Positions 43,890-55,735 of a stretch of DNA of 64,000 nucleotides are shown piece after piece; positions within the stretch are counted from its first letter, which is position 1, and each line of letters starts with the position of its first letter. Under the pieces are notes generated by a model. The model ran no database searches, was not told the DNA's origin, and saw only the letters and a program-made list of their open reading frames with translations. The stretch is from Atractiella rhizophila (lineage: Eukaryota): the NCBI GenBank assembly GCA_021432655.1, contig MU271235.1, positions 62,001 through 126,000 on the forward strand, in the 5' to 3' direction. A program made the position numbers and the translations under genes.

Positions 43890-44790
43890 ACAATTTAGCT
43901 TCATCCCAGTTGGCTGGAAATCAACGCACATCTCTTCCCATCCTGCTCTTGGTTATCTGAAAACAAGGCATCTGTTGCAAAAGTCTGATCTATCTGATCG
44001 TGCATCTCTGCCTCTACTCAATCGGTGGACTAACAGGAAGCGTCAATATCGAGAGGAAGAGGTTTTGGTTGACGGGTACGTACAATCAATTCGACTTGCT
44101 CCAATAAGCGAACGTCCTTCGGCTTCCCCCATACTGCGTTTTCTAGTTTGTGGATTGCCTCTCATTCCACATGAGCACAGGTATCTCTCCCGATTCCCCT
44201 TCGTGTTCAAATCGCTTGAACACCTTGCGCTCTCCTGGGAACCTGTTCCAACGAATATGCCATGATGTTTTTGATGTTCTACCTCTGCTCCCATATTTCG
44301 AGTCTATGGAAGCTATGGCCTTTGCAGCTAGTGCGCTGAATATACAAACCCCGTCATTCGAACCTGGCGTGTTTAAGCCAATAACGTTCCATGTACAAGA
44401 TTGCGATTTTAGCTTACCGGCGTTATCCTCTCTACTCAAAGGGAACACGAGGTTTCTTCACCTCGATCTTTATCCTTTGAAGGCGACACCGTCCGCCGTG
44501 TATCTCTTGCGCTTTTCAAGGGATGACCAGACCTTTGTAGCTGACACTGACGAAGGTGATTCAGCAGCGAGTTTATTGTAAGGTCGCGTACTCTGTTTCC
44601 ATGGAAAGGAAGGTGGTTCAATACGGTGGCCTTTTACCAGTGCCATCACCCATCATTCCTTTCCACGCGTCAAGGCATACACTATTGGGTTAGATACAAA
44701 AGGTTTCAAGAGAAACATTGAAGCTATACGACTCGCGACGGAGGTGCAAAATGTATCTCTGTTGCCATCCTCGAAATCCACAAGGATGGC
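43890..44790 (+). pseudogene. 5'-truncated, frameshifted paralog of the F-box family at 53497-55053
   Basis: RFPFVFKSLEHLALS, LPLLPYF..PSFEPGVFKPI..QDCDFS and HSFPRVKAYTIG match the intact paralog. Confidence 0.85.
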
Positions 44791-46518
44791 AACAAAGCGT
44801 GAGATTGGGACTGTTCAATGTGACATCCGTCTTCAATTGCGGCAACGTTTTCTGTTTCCGTCAAGTTGAACCCATAGTTAGCGATGTCTGCTGGACACTG
44901 AGAACAGAATACATGATATTACTGGATAATACAGCAATAACGATCTAGTAGCAAAACATTTGACCTCCCTTTCAGCTGCTCCACGAAAACTCACTTATCT
45001 ACGTCCTCAACCCCCCAGCTACTTTCTTCGCAATATAGCCAGTCATTTACTGTATTTGAAGGAGGGGAGTGTACTATGACAACCAAGGTTCGAAATGCGA
45101 AAACAAAACCGTTCGATTCATACTTTCATACGTTGTCCCAAGGCACGAAGACGACAATAGTCTCACCCTCTGCTCTTCCAGTCACCATGATATTGTTGAC
45201 GCTTTGTAAACTACCCAACTTGACTTCTGTAACAAGGCAGGGAAAGCTTCCTGCCCCATTTGATCGTTTCTTTTGGTGGAAAATCCAACAACAAAATGCC
45301 GAAAGGAAGCAAGCCTCCCCCCGGGAAGAACCAAACAACAAAGAACCCGAACCCCAAAACCCGAACGGGCCGCAAGCCGGAACTTTGCCAAATTCCCCTC
45401 CAAGTTCAACAAAACAAAACCCAAAAAAGCCCCCGGTGGGGCCAAAAAGGCCGTCGAAAGGCCAAAAAATTGTCTCCTCAACAAATTTTATTCAACCGCC
45501 TCAAAATTTTTAACCCCGAAACAACACAAAAAACACACAAGAAAGTAACCAGTGAAAGGCCGCGTAATAAGTTCTAGTACATCAGAAACATCACGTACGT
45601 TTCTAAACGTCTGCGATCTATTGGCATTCCCCATGAATTCCTCTCACGATTTCAGCAAAGCTGAAGATGTCTCTATGAATGTAACTCGGTTCGTAGACGA
45701 CAGTTCAGGCTCTCGATTAGAGGTAAATACGAAGCTCGCTGAATTTTGGATCGACATCTCCACTTTGTAAAGAGTGTCACAGCAGGAGGCAAAAGGTTGA
45801 TGACACTAATGGACAGAAACCGTGTGCCAATCTGCACACGAAGTCCTTCAAGGAATGATCCAACATGAACGACTACGCAAGTTTCATAACAGCTCGGTGA
45901 AGAGGTAAATACGTTGGCACGCAGGATTGGCTTACTTCGGCTACGAGCAGACTAAACGCCATCGATCGAATCCTTCGGATTCTTCCACTGCCCTCTCATA
46001 TCCCTCTCCGTCCTCCCATTCATGCCGCTCGCTCGAAGGGAACACTTGAATGGCTGGGCACCGGACACCTTGATCCATGGAGGAAAGAGTGAATGGGGTC
46101 ACATTATCTGTGGCATTAGACCGTGAAAGGGACTGGCTGCAAAGATCAAAAGTCATGAAGCTAGCTTTATCCAAATCGATGTGCCTGATGAGCAGATTGA
46201 TCACACGACAATGCTGTATTTCGGGAAGGAGAACATCGAAAGCCAAACAAAAAACAACGCACCAAAAGCTCGAAAACTGGTTTTGGCAGGTGATTTTGTT
46301 TATTTTTAGCTCAATTGACTAAGTCGTGCCAAGACAAATCCAAAATCTGCGTTTTCCGCATTGTTTCGTTGCCCTCACTCAAAACGACACTCCTTTATCG
46401 ACATCATTCTTTCCTCACCAGCCTCACCCATTCATATCAATATCATCGAGGCCCCACAACGTCGCTCCTTTCACAATCACAAACTCTACTAGTAACGTCG
46501 ACACAACCATAACCACCC

Positions 46519-48742
46519 ATGTCCTCCCCCCAGTCCACCATGTCCACCGCAACAGCAGCAGCCCCCTCTCCCGAGCCATCCAACGAGACCGCGACCACCG
46601 ATGGGCCTCGCAAGCGCCTTCCCGCGCTCCAGACGGGCGGGCTGGAGCCTGAGAGCAAGGAGGAGAGGAAGCTGCGGTTCACGCCTGCGGGAGTGAAGGC
46701 GATGTGGGAGGAGAGGAAGGAGAAGAAGGCGAAGATGAAGAGGCCGCCGACGATGAGGGAGATGGTCCGTTTCTTCCTTCATATCTGCCTTGATTTAGCG
46801 CGTTTGGAGGTGGGAGTTGGAGTAGCTAATGCTTTTGTTGGATGGTTTTGTGGAGCAGATGAGGAGTCTGACCGAGGTTAATACCTTTTCGAAGGAGCCA
46901 ACAGTCAGAGAATCCATTCGAGCCTGCGTCACAGTTTCATGGCTCAACCTCTTATTGGTCTTCATTCCCATCTCCTGGTTCGTCTCTTCACTTTCCGTTC
47001 CACTGTAAAGTAATCGATAAATCCAGGGCACTCCATTTTGCCTTCGAAGGCGTTAAGCCTGAGGACTCGAGCTACGTCGGAAAGAATGTGGCCGTCTTCA
47101 CAACCGCTTTTCTCGCCATCATCCCTCTCGCCAAGTTGTTGGGATTCGGGACGGAGGAGCTCAGTTTGAGGGTTGGTCAGACACTTGGTGCGTTCTAATT
47201 TGTGGTTAACAAACTGCAGAGAGATGTACTTGAAAGAATGGAGAGGACGTTTTGGTCGCTTTGATGGAGTACCAGAGATGATGGCCGAGATGCCAAGAGA
47301 ATCCCTCTCTGCTTTCGCTACTATATACTGCTTTGACATGTAGAAAGGTAACATTTGCTAACTGCGCACACGTGGAATAGGGGGTTTAATGAACGCGACA
47401 CTGGGCAACGCCGTCGAATTGATCATTGCCATTCTCGCGCTCGTAAAATGCGAACTCCAAGTCGTCCAGTCCTCCCTCCTCGGCTCCATCCTATCCAATC
47501 TCCTCCTCGTGCTCGGAATGACATTCTTCCTCGGTGGACTCCGTTTTTCGAACAGGGGTTCAAAGAGACCGCAAGTCAGCTCAACACGAGCTTGCTCATC
47601 ATGGCCGTCGTCGCTGTACGCCTTCTTCCTCCATTTTCTTTGCATCTGTTGAGCAAGGGAGACGAATTGTATTGAATGCCGAAACAGGTTCTCATCCCCG
47701 CCGGTTTCCACGCAGCCTTCTCGGATATTCCAGACNNNNNNNNNNNNNNNNNNNNNNNNNNNNNNNNNNNNNNNNNNNNNNNNNNNNNNNNNNNNNNNNN
47801 NNNNNNNNNNNNNNNNNNNNNNNNNNNNNNNNNNNNNNNNNNNNNNNNNNNNNNNNNNNNNNNNNNNNNNNNNNNNNNNNNNNNNNNNNNNNNNNNNNNN
47901 NNNNNNNNNNNNNNNNNNNNNNNNNNNNNNNCCGAAGGCCCCGGCGGACTTGGAGGATGGAGAGGAGCCGGAGGAGGAGGAGGAGGAAGAGGTCCCTACC
48001 CTTAATTGGCCCGTGGCTTCTCACCATGTTGGTCGGTGTCACGGTCTTGGTCGGCGCGTGACGAGCGAGTGGCTCGTCGATTCGATCAATGGTGTGACCT
48101 CCACAGGCGCTATCAGTGAGCAATGGGTCGGTCTCATCCTGCTTCCCATCGTTGGTAACGCAGCCGAACATCTCACGGTGCGTTGATTCTACTCACTCCT
48201 CATGATGATTTACTGATGAAATGAGAATAGGCTGTAACGGTGGGAATGCACGACAAACTCGACCTCTCCATCTCCGTCGCCGTCGGTTCCTCCATCCAAA
48301 TCTCTCTCTTCGTCATTCCCCTCCTCGTCGTCCTCGGTTGGATCATCGGGAAACCGCTCTCTCTGCTTTTTGACCCGTTTGAGAGCATCGTGTTGTTCCT
48401 GAGCGTGTTGATTGTTGGGTACGCGACTCAAGATGGAAAAAGTAACGTACGTCCTGTTCTCCTCTTGCAACCTGCTTGTTGTGCTTTGTGCTGATGCTGT
48501 GAGTAGTGGCTCGAAGGGTTTCTTCTGTTCAATGTTTATGTCATTATTGCTGTTGCTTTCTGTGAGACTTGACACTTCCCTCAGCTGTGTCTTCTGAACT
48601 AATGAGCGAAAACAGGGTTTTATCCCGGTGGAGAGACTGTCGAGGCTATGTTCAACTCGGTGCGTTCCAGATTCCATCTCTCAAATTCCATAACCACAAT
48701 GCTCACGACCACAAACAGTGCGAAGCCCTGCCATCGTCCTAA
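46519..48742 (+). CDS. VCX1: Vacuolar Ca2+/H+ exchanger (CAX family), multi-exon, interrupted by a gap
   Basis: [53 protein letters not shown]. Confidence 0.9.
47736..47931. other. Assembly gap (196 N)
   Basis: Run of N. Confidence 1.
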
Positions 48743-49383
48743 CAGAAAGTCCCGACAAAATTCAGTGTACTGTTCCTACCTTTTAGTAATATCAGGCGCA
48801 TGCTTGAACCTTCGCCTCAAATTTGAGAACTTGGAGTGTCCATGGGATTCTAGGTTTCGACATCCACGATATGGTAGACCATGTTGTGGTGGCTTTGCTC
48901 TCCGGTGTATAGTTTTGGGAAAGGCTTTGACAATGCATACACGGATATTGATTTGGCCTGCGATCCCCTCTGATTCCCATGAAAAGTTTATAACGTTACA
49001 AGAGCTCTCAATCAACAACGAGAAAGTTGATGCTAGAAATATGGAGTTATTTATGCCCTGCCGTAGTCTATGATTTGGTTTGTAGTCGTAGTCGGAAAGC
49101 ACCGATAATATTTCAGCGGCACAATTTTTGGCGAACGACAAGAAACGACATTTACAACAATTTAGAGTCAGGAGCGTGTGGGCGAATTTGTTGTGCTCAT
49201 CTACGTTTTGCATAGCACAATACTGAGTGCACAGTACGTGACGGTGTATATCGCCTGTACAGTTTTCAGCCTTCTCAAGAGCACGAAGAGTTGACAAGCT
49301 GGCAGCAGCTTCGCCAATTGGGGTCACGGTCATCGCATTAAGTGACGATTCACATCCAGGTAATACTCGCAACAAGCACCATC

Positions 49384-49839
49384 ATGACAGCCTCGTCCCT
49401 TCCTCAAGCGTTACGTCACTTCATGCGCTCCGTCCCCCAGCCCATCTTCACGCTCACCTCTCCCCTGCTGCCGACACACAAAGTCCTCCTCTCCTCCTTC
49501 TCCTCCATCTCCCTCTCTCCACCCCTTGTCTCCTTCGCCATCCTCACCGGAGGACGTATGGACACAGCGCTGCAGCAGAACCCAAGAGCGGAGGTAGCAC
49601 TGCTGGAGAAAGAGGGTGGGAAACGGCGGTGGATGGACCTAGAGATGAGGACGCGGACGGAGTTGAAGCATGTCGTGGATGGCAGCATACCCGTTACCCA
49701 TGGGGCGGAAGAGGAGAAGGAAAGCACGCTCTGGATCGCGAGAGTTGTGCGGTTACACGAACCTTCAGATGGAGGGATGTGTGAACCGCTCGTCACGTTC
49801 AAACGGGGGTATTGGGAGTTGGGAACAAAAGTACGGTAG
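49384..49839 (+). CDS. Flavin-reductase-like domain protein (short, divergent)
   Basis: LRHFMRSVPQPIFTLT, SSFSSISLSPPLVSF, LWIARV, PLVTFKRGY. Confidence 0.7.
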   Translation: MTASSLPQALRHFMRSVPQPIFTLTSPLLPTHKVLLSSFSSISLSPPLVSFAILTGGRMDTALQQNPRAEVALLEKEGGKRRWMDLEMRTRTELKHVVDGSIPVTHGAEEEKESTLWIARVVRLHEPSDGGMCEPLVTFKRGYWELGTKVR

Positions 49840-50241
49840 CTGGAGGAAGTATGAGGAAGTAGATAAGTGAGTTCTCGGGACTTCGCGTTGTCGGAGCTGA
49901 AATGCAGGATTCAGGACATAAAAGTAGCTACTAGAGCTTTATTGCTATTTATTCAGTAATACCATGGATTCTGTTATCAGTGTTCAGCAAACATTGTGGG
50001 AACCCGACTCGCTAACTATTTGTTCAACTTGACAGAAACACAAACGATGCCGCAACTGAAGATGAGATGGCCGGCCAAGAATCCCATTCGGAAGCCTGGC
50101 TGTCATCCACGAAGTCCACAAAAAGCCAGACTCTGCCATCCGGTGTAGAAGGAAGGAAGAAAACCGCATTGTTACATGGTTTTGTTTGATCAAGTTGGAT
50201 CACCTCCGCCATCAAATATCAGATGCTGTCGTGCCGTCACC

Positions 50242-51800
50242 TCAAGCAGCATCATCCTCCTTGAATTCCACAAAAAGCTCCAACTGCACATCTCGCTTCT
50301 CTACCTCACGTCGCAGAGCTTGAATTGCATTCCTGCCTTCTTGCGTCTTAACCTCCAACATTTCCGCATTCGATCCGATAGAGTATCTCTTGATCCGTGG
50401 AAACGAATGACGGCCAATAATATCGGCAAAAGCCAACCAGACTCGTCCATCTTCCTTTCCGTTAAAGGAAAGAGAGCAACCGTCCGACACCCCGAGGATG
50501 GAAAGACAGCTAGTGCATTTTTGGTGTTGAAACAGGGAAAGAACCGACGACGGGAGATCGAGGAGTGCGTTGTTGGTTGACGCTAGATCGGATAACGACA
50601 AATAACCCTCAAAATCACTGGCAAAGCGCAAGAGGTCCATGGGCTCAACTGTTGAGACTGGATTGACATGAAGAACGATCAGGCTTCGTTTCGTCTTGAA
50701 CAGGGTCGATAGCCCGCCGTAACTGAAGTCGCAACCTTGCAAGTAGACGGCTTTCGATTTAGACACACGAGGTTCGCTTGAAGGAATGTTGAGTTTCAGT
50801 GCACAAGCTATGATGGTGACAGTGTCTATAGACGGGAAGTCTGGAAGTGAAGGCAAGACTTCCAAAATGTCGTAGCGATCTTCCATTTCCACCGAAGACC
50901 CGGAAACGGTCAACTGACGCAAGCGATGGAATATGAAAGGGAACTGGAGCAGATTTCTGTGTTCAGGTCGAGTCGGAGGGAGCAAAAGATCAAGGTCATG
51001 CAGTGTAGGAGAAGCCAGCTGAAGGAGATTCGTGATGTTTCCCAACTCTGATGGGGTCCATGCTGCAGGGTGCAGACAAAGACTCTTGAGATTTGAAAGA
51101 GAAGGAAGCTTTGCTGGAACAACCGTATTGATCAAGGAAAGACTTCGCAGCTCGAAATTATGTTCGGTCACATCAAAATCTATCGTCCCAAAGGAGCATT
51201 CCAAGGATTTGAGGTGAGTCGACGTTCCGAGCAGCGGAAATACCTCAGATATGGGTTGACCAGGAACATAATGGATAGTGAGGCCTGTCAAGCTGGTAAA
51301 GAAGGAAAGGTCCAATTCGCCAAGGTTCGGAAGGAGAAAAATCCAAAGAAGTCGAGTTCAAATGTCAGAGAAGTGATGTAAGGAGCTGCCTTCGAGATGA
51401 ACAAGCCGACATAGTGGCTAGCCAAAATCGATCCTTCACAGAACCATTCCTGGCACCATTCTGCGAGGTTGTTCTTCCCGTCCTTATCACACGGCTCCGA
51501 TGGTTCTTTACACAAAGGCTTGTGGAATGTGAACGAGGCTCCGTTTACAGAAATGCTTCGTACGTATCGAAAATTAGATTGGTTTTCGAAAAATCGTTGC
51601 AATCGAAATAGGTAACGTTCAAAACGGATAGCCTTGAGCGGATCATGCGGAAAGTGGAGGACGATAGGTGTGTTTGAGATAAGCAAAGGACGAGCGATCG
51701 ATTTCCATTCTGCGCACACCAAGTGGCATTGAAGCAAGTCATGTGTAGGAAGGAAGGCGAGAATGGCGCCAATGATCTCAACGGGTGCAGTGGACCTCAT
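50242..51800 (-). pseudogene. F-box protein paralog with a single 1-bp frameshift near 51290
   Basis: PVEIIGAILAFLPTHDLLQCHLVCAEW; colinear with 53497-55053; GCTTTGACA in the paralog reads GCTTGACA here. Confidence 0.85.
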
Positions 51801-53496
51801 GGAGCACCCGATGCAGCGATTGAAAGCTCTTAAGGTAGATATGCCTAACAGAACACTATTAGCACTTGTCCGACGCAGGCACAGCTCACTGATATGTTGT
51901 CGGAGCGGTCAACCTTGAAGCTAAGCTTGAAGGCAGGTGGGGAAAGACTCTTGCGACGACCTGCGACATCCACCATCCTATAACCTCTCTTACATCCACT
52001 TGTGCCTCCTTGCGTCTATCCAGTTGAGGACGACCTCGTCAGTGCCCCCCTCTCATGTTACCTTCTACCCGACTCCACACATCATCATCCTAGGTTATAT
52101 AACTAGCAACCTTCCATCTGCTTAGTATCCGTCCAAATCTTGTTTAACTTCATGAATCTGTCTCAGTCTCCGCTACCATGAGTCTCGAATCTGTCTTGGT
52201 TGCAGAGGTGTATTGATGCTTTTTGTGGAGCGGGTGAGGATGAATCCGTCTGGTCTATGAGACGACTGCGGGCTTTGGTGACCACTGGCAAGTGCACAAG
52301 TAGATTCAACATGAATTCGCTCTGCTCCTACCTCCTCCTGCCGTGTCCGTCACTCCCTCCCACTGACGTTCATATCAAACTCGTTGTTGCCGAAAACACT
52401 AGAAGTGGACGACCTCCAAAGCCGCCAGGGCTCGAATCGGCCCTCCCTACTGTTTCTCGGATCACATCTCTCCCTCCATCCCAATTGGTGCCTCGACCGA
52501 CTACTGGAACGCTGGCTCCAAGTCTTGGGTCTAAATGGCAGACGATCCGGATTGTCACTGCTCACAAGCGCAACCAACAGCAACCTAACGTCCAATAGTT
52601 GACGTTTGTGGCTGCTGCAACCTGCGGGAAGGGTTATCATTGGAACTTGATGGGCAGGGGCATAGACGGAGGCGTTTGCTCGCTCCGTCCCTTCTCTCAT
52701 CCGCGGCCGCTCTAGCGCACCGTCCCGCTCACTCGAACGTCATTTCGGTGTCTCTGACTCTGACTCCTCGGGTAGCTGCTCTATTCTAGACGTTCCTCTG
52801 GGATTTGAACAATGCCGCCATTCATTCCACGACTAGACCAGGGGAAGTGACTCTCTGTCTTCAGCGATGCGATTGTTCGATAAGGACGATGAGAAGGAGG
52901 ACGAAGGAGATTAGAAGGACGATAAGTGGAAGCAGAAGATTGAGGAGTAGGTTTCTTTACTCGCCGCGTTTTTCGGACAATTGCTGATGCGATTGGGAAC
53001 TAGATTGCAAATATTTCCCGTAATAGTCGGCGCTGGCGCAGCTTTGTCGAAGAGATGGTACGTCTCTCATTCTCTTTTTGATGCTGTTAGACAAATGTAA
53101 TTCTTATAGGTCAGCACCAACATTTTGGTTGTCAATCTCGATGAACGAAGCACGATTTGAACTCGCTGGGCGTTTACGGTGGCATTATTAAGAGAAGGGG
53201 ACGGTAGAACCATCAGGGTGGTATAAACTGCGATCTGACAACAGTACGATGCGTACGAACTAAGTGAGCCTTTGACATGAAGCTGGATTTTCAGGCTAAG
53301 GGATAAAGTATTTTCATTGCTATTTGCTCAATAATATCGCTACACTCGATTTTGTTAACAATATTCTACAACGATAACCGCATTCTTGGTAAAAGAAAAG
53401 GAATAACAGATGAATACAACACATATTCGAAGCTACAGGACGGCGCATGCTAGCCAAGAGGGATCTCTAACAGCCAGATGCCATCGAGTCGTCATT

Positions 53497-55053
53497 TTAA
53501 GGTGCGTCATCCTCGATGTATTCCACAAAAGTGCTCAACGGCACAACATTCTGCTGCTCCACGGCTAAATCTAAGGCCCGAATCGCGTCTCTCCCTGCTT
53601 GAGTCCTAACCTCCACAGGCTCTCTTTCCGACCCAATAGAGTATCCCTGGATCCCCGGAAACGAGTGACGGTTGATAGTATCGGCAAAAGCCAACCAGAC
53701 TCCCGCATCTTCCTTCCCATTGAAAGAAAATAAGGCACCAGCCGAAAAACCAACGATGGAAAGACAGCATGTGCAATGTATGTGTGGAACGACGGAAAGG
53801 AGCTCCATATCACGTATGGGATCGCTGGCAGTTGTCGACTCGAAGAGCTGCAGAAATCCCTGGCAATCATTAGCAAAGCGCAAGATATCCATGGCGGACT
53901 GGGACCGGATCCCTTCGAGCGGAGCGACATGAAAGGAGATCATGTTTCGCTTTGTGGTAAATAGAGATGATAATCCGGTGTAGCTGAAGTCGCAATTTTG
54001 CAACAAGACGTTTATGGGTCTAAACACCCAAGGTTCGAATGAAGGAGCTTTAAGACATATTGCACTATGTTTGATGGCGACGATGTCCATAGTTGGGAAA
54101 TGTGGTAATAAAGGTAGGACTTCCAAAACGTCGAGGCGCCTTGGTTGGTCGGAAGGTCCGGAAACGCTCAACTGCCTCAAGCGAGGGAAAACAACGGGGA
54201 ATCGGACAAGATGCCTGTGCTCATTTTGAGTGTGGAGCAGTGCAAGATTGAGGGTTTGCACTGTAGGAGAAGCAAGTTGAAGCAGATTTGCGACATGACC
54301 GAGTTCTGCTGGAGTTCTTCCTATAGCGTGGACATGAAGATCCTTTAGATTTGAAAGGGAAGGAAGCTTTGCTGGAACAATTGCAGAATTCAAGGAAAGA
54401 CTTTGCAACTTGAAACTGTGTTCAGCTACATCGACGTCTGCAGTTCCAAAGGTGCATTCCAAGGATTTTAGTTGTCGTGACGCCCCAAGCAGGGGAAATA
54501 TGGCAGATATAGATCGGGTAGGAACATATTGGATCTTGATGTCTGTCAAAGCTGGCAGAGAAGGAAACGGCCATTTTTGCATGGACTCCCAACCGAAAAA
54601 GGCGAAAAAGTCAACTTCAAACGTCAAGGAGGTGATGTAAGGAGACGCGTTCTCGATGAACGAGCGAACATAATCGCGAGCCAAAATATTCGAACCATCG
54701 TCGCCGCACAATTTTCTATCCATCAGATCCTTCTCCTCGCCCTCGGGTTCTTTCCACAATGGCTGGTTGAATGTGAATGCAAACGCGTTCATCGAAATCC
54801 TTCGTACATATTGAAAGTTGAGCTCGTTGTCGAAAAATCGTTGCAATCGGAATAAATAACGCTGAAAACCGCCGTCTTTAAGAGGGTCGTGCGAAGTGTC
54901 AAAGACGATAGTCGTTTTCGAAATGAGCAAAGGACGAGCGAGCGACTTCCATTCTGCGCTCACCAAGTGGCATTGAAGCAAGTCGCAGGTAGGAAGGAAC
55001 GCAAGGATGACGCCAATAATCTCGAGAGGTATAGTAACGGAGCTGGACGTCAT
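53497..55053 (-). CDS. F-box protein with Leu-rich C-terminus, intronless CDS
   Basis: IPLEIIGVILAFLPTCDLLQCHLVSAEWKSLA; LKSLEC, LSNLKDLHV and LRQLSV repeats. Confidence 0.85.
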   Translation of the reverse strand: MTSSSVTIPLEIIGVILAFLPTCDLLQCHLVSAEWKSLARPLLISKTTIVFDTSHDPLKDGGFQRYLFRLQRFFDNELNFQYVRRISMNAFAFTFNQPLWKEPEGEEKDLMDRKLCGDDGSNILARDYVRSFIENASPYITSLTFEVDFFAFFGWESMQKWPFPSLPALTDIKIQYVPTRSISAIFPLLGASRQLKSLECTFGTADVDVAEHSFKLQSLSLNSAIVPAKLPSLSNLKDLHVHAIGRTPAELGHVANLLQLASPTVQTLNLALLHTQNEHRHLVRFPVVFPRLRQLSVSGPSDQPRRLDVLEVLPLLPHFPTMDIVAIKHSAICLKAPSFEPWVFRPINVLLQNCDFSYTGLSSLFTTKRNMISFHVAPLEGIRSQSAMDILRFANDCQGFLQLFESTTASDPIRDMELLSVVPHIHCTCCLSIVGFSAGALFSFNGKEDAGVWLAFADTINRHSFPGIQGYSIGSEREPVEVRTQAGRDAIRALDLAVEQQNVVPLSTFVEYIEDDAP

Positions 55054-55130
55054 CTTCACTCGATGTCTCAATTCAGAGATTGAAAGGTTGTAGCGCAGAT
55101 GTACCTGACAGAGGAACATCAGCAGTTATT

Positions 55131-55735
55131 CCCTGGGAACTTGCAGCTGCTGGTTTGACACCTTGTAGACACTGTTTAGACTGGACGCTGTCTCAGCAGC
55201 GTCTTCTGCCAAATCTAGCCGCTGGTTTGACACTGAAAAGACGCATTTATTGGCTTTTTAGACGCTTGCGCACTTTTGCGCAGGCGATCTTTAGACTCTT
55301 GATAAAAGTTGAGGTAACTGCGAAACAGACACTGTCGGGAACAGGTCTAGACTCTGTTTAGACGGTACTTCGACGTTTTTTTCGACGTTATTCCGTCGCC
55401 TGTTTGACACTCAATAAAAATTTTTTGTCACCGCTTAGACGCTCGCGAGACGCAGCTTCTCTAATTTGAATTCCTCCCTTCGACCCTCGCCAGACACTGA
55501 GCAAGGACATCTGGGACTCTGCTGGGATGCTCATCAGACAGTGTTTGAGCTGTTTCGACAATTATTTGACACTACAGAAACCCTTCGAGACGCTTGCAAA
55601 GGTTGTCTCAGACTCTTCCAGGTCGCTCATCAGATGCTCGTTAGACCCTCTGCCGACTCTGCTCGGACTTTGAAATATTCTTTTCAGACTTTGCTTAGAC
55701 ACTCGCAGGACTCCACTTAGACTTCCTTAGACCCT
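55131..55735 (+). repeat. Subterminal array of short degenerate TT(A/T/C)GAC(A/G/T)C motifs
   Basis: Numerous TTTGACAC, TTAGACGC, TTAGACTC and TTCGACGT copies within 600 bp. Confidence 0.75.

Noticed and set aside
45240..45570. Lys/Pro/Asn-rich ORFs open in several frames
   Set aside because: Homopolymer-rich texture suggests low-quality read sequence; no protein signal
45941..46246. Additional F-box remnant (LLPEIQ...WRLVCS)
   Set aside because: Motif spacing poor and no reliable start; too weak to call
47932..48065. Frameshifts in VCX1 implying a pseudogene
   Set aside because: Confined to the contig edge beside the N gap, so most likely base-call errors
48776..49375. 199-aa minus-strand ORF
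   Set aside because: No recognisable motif; occupies the intergenic/promoter region; likely chance ORF
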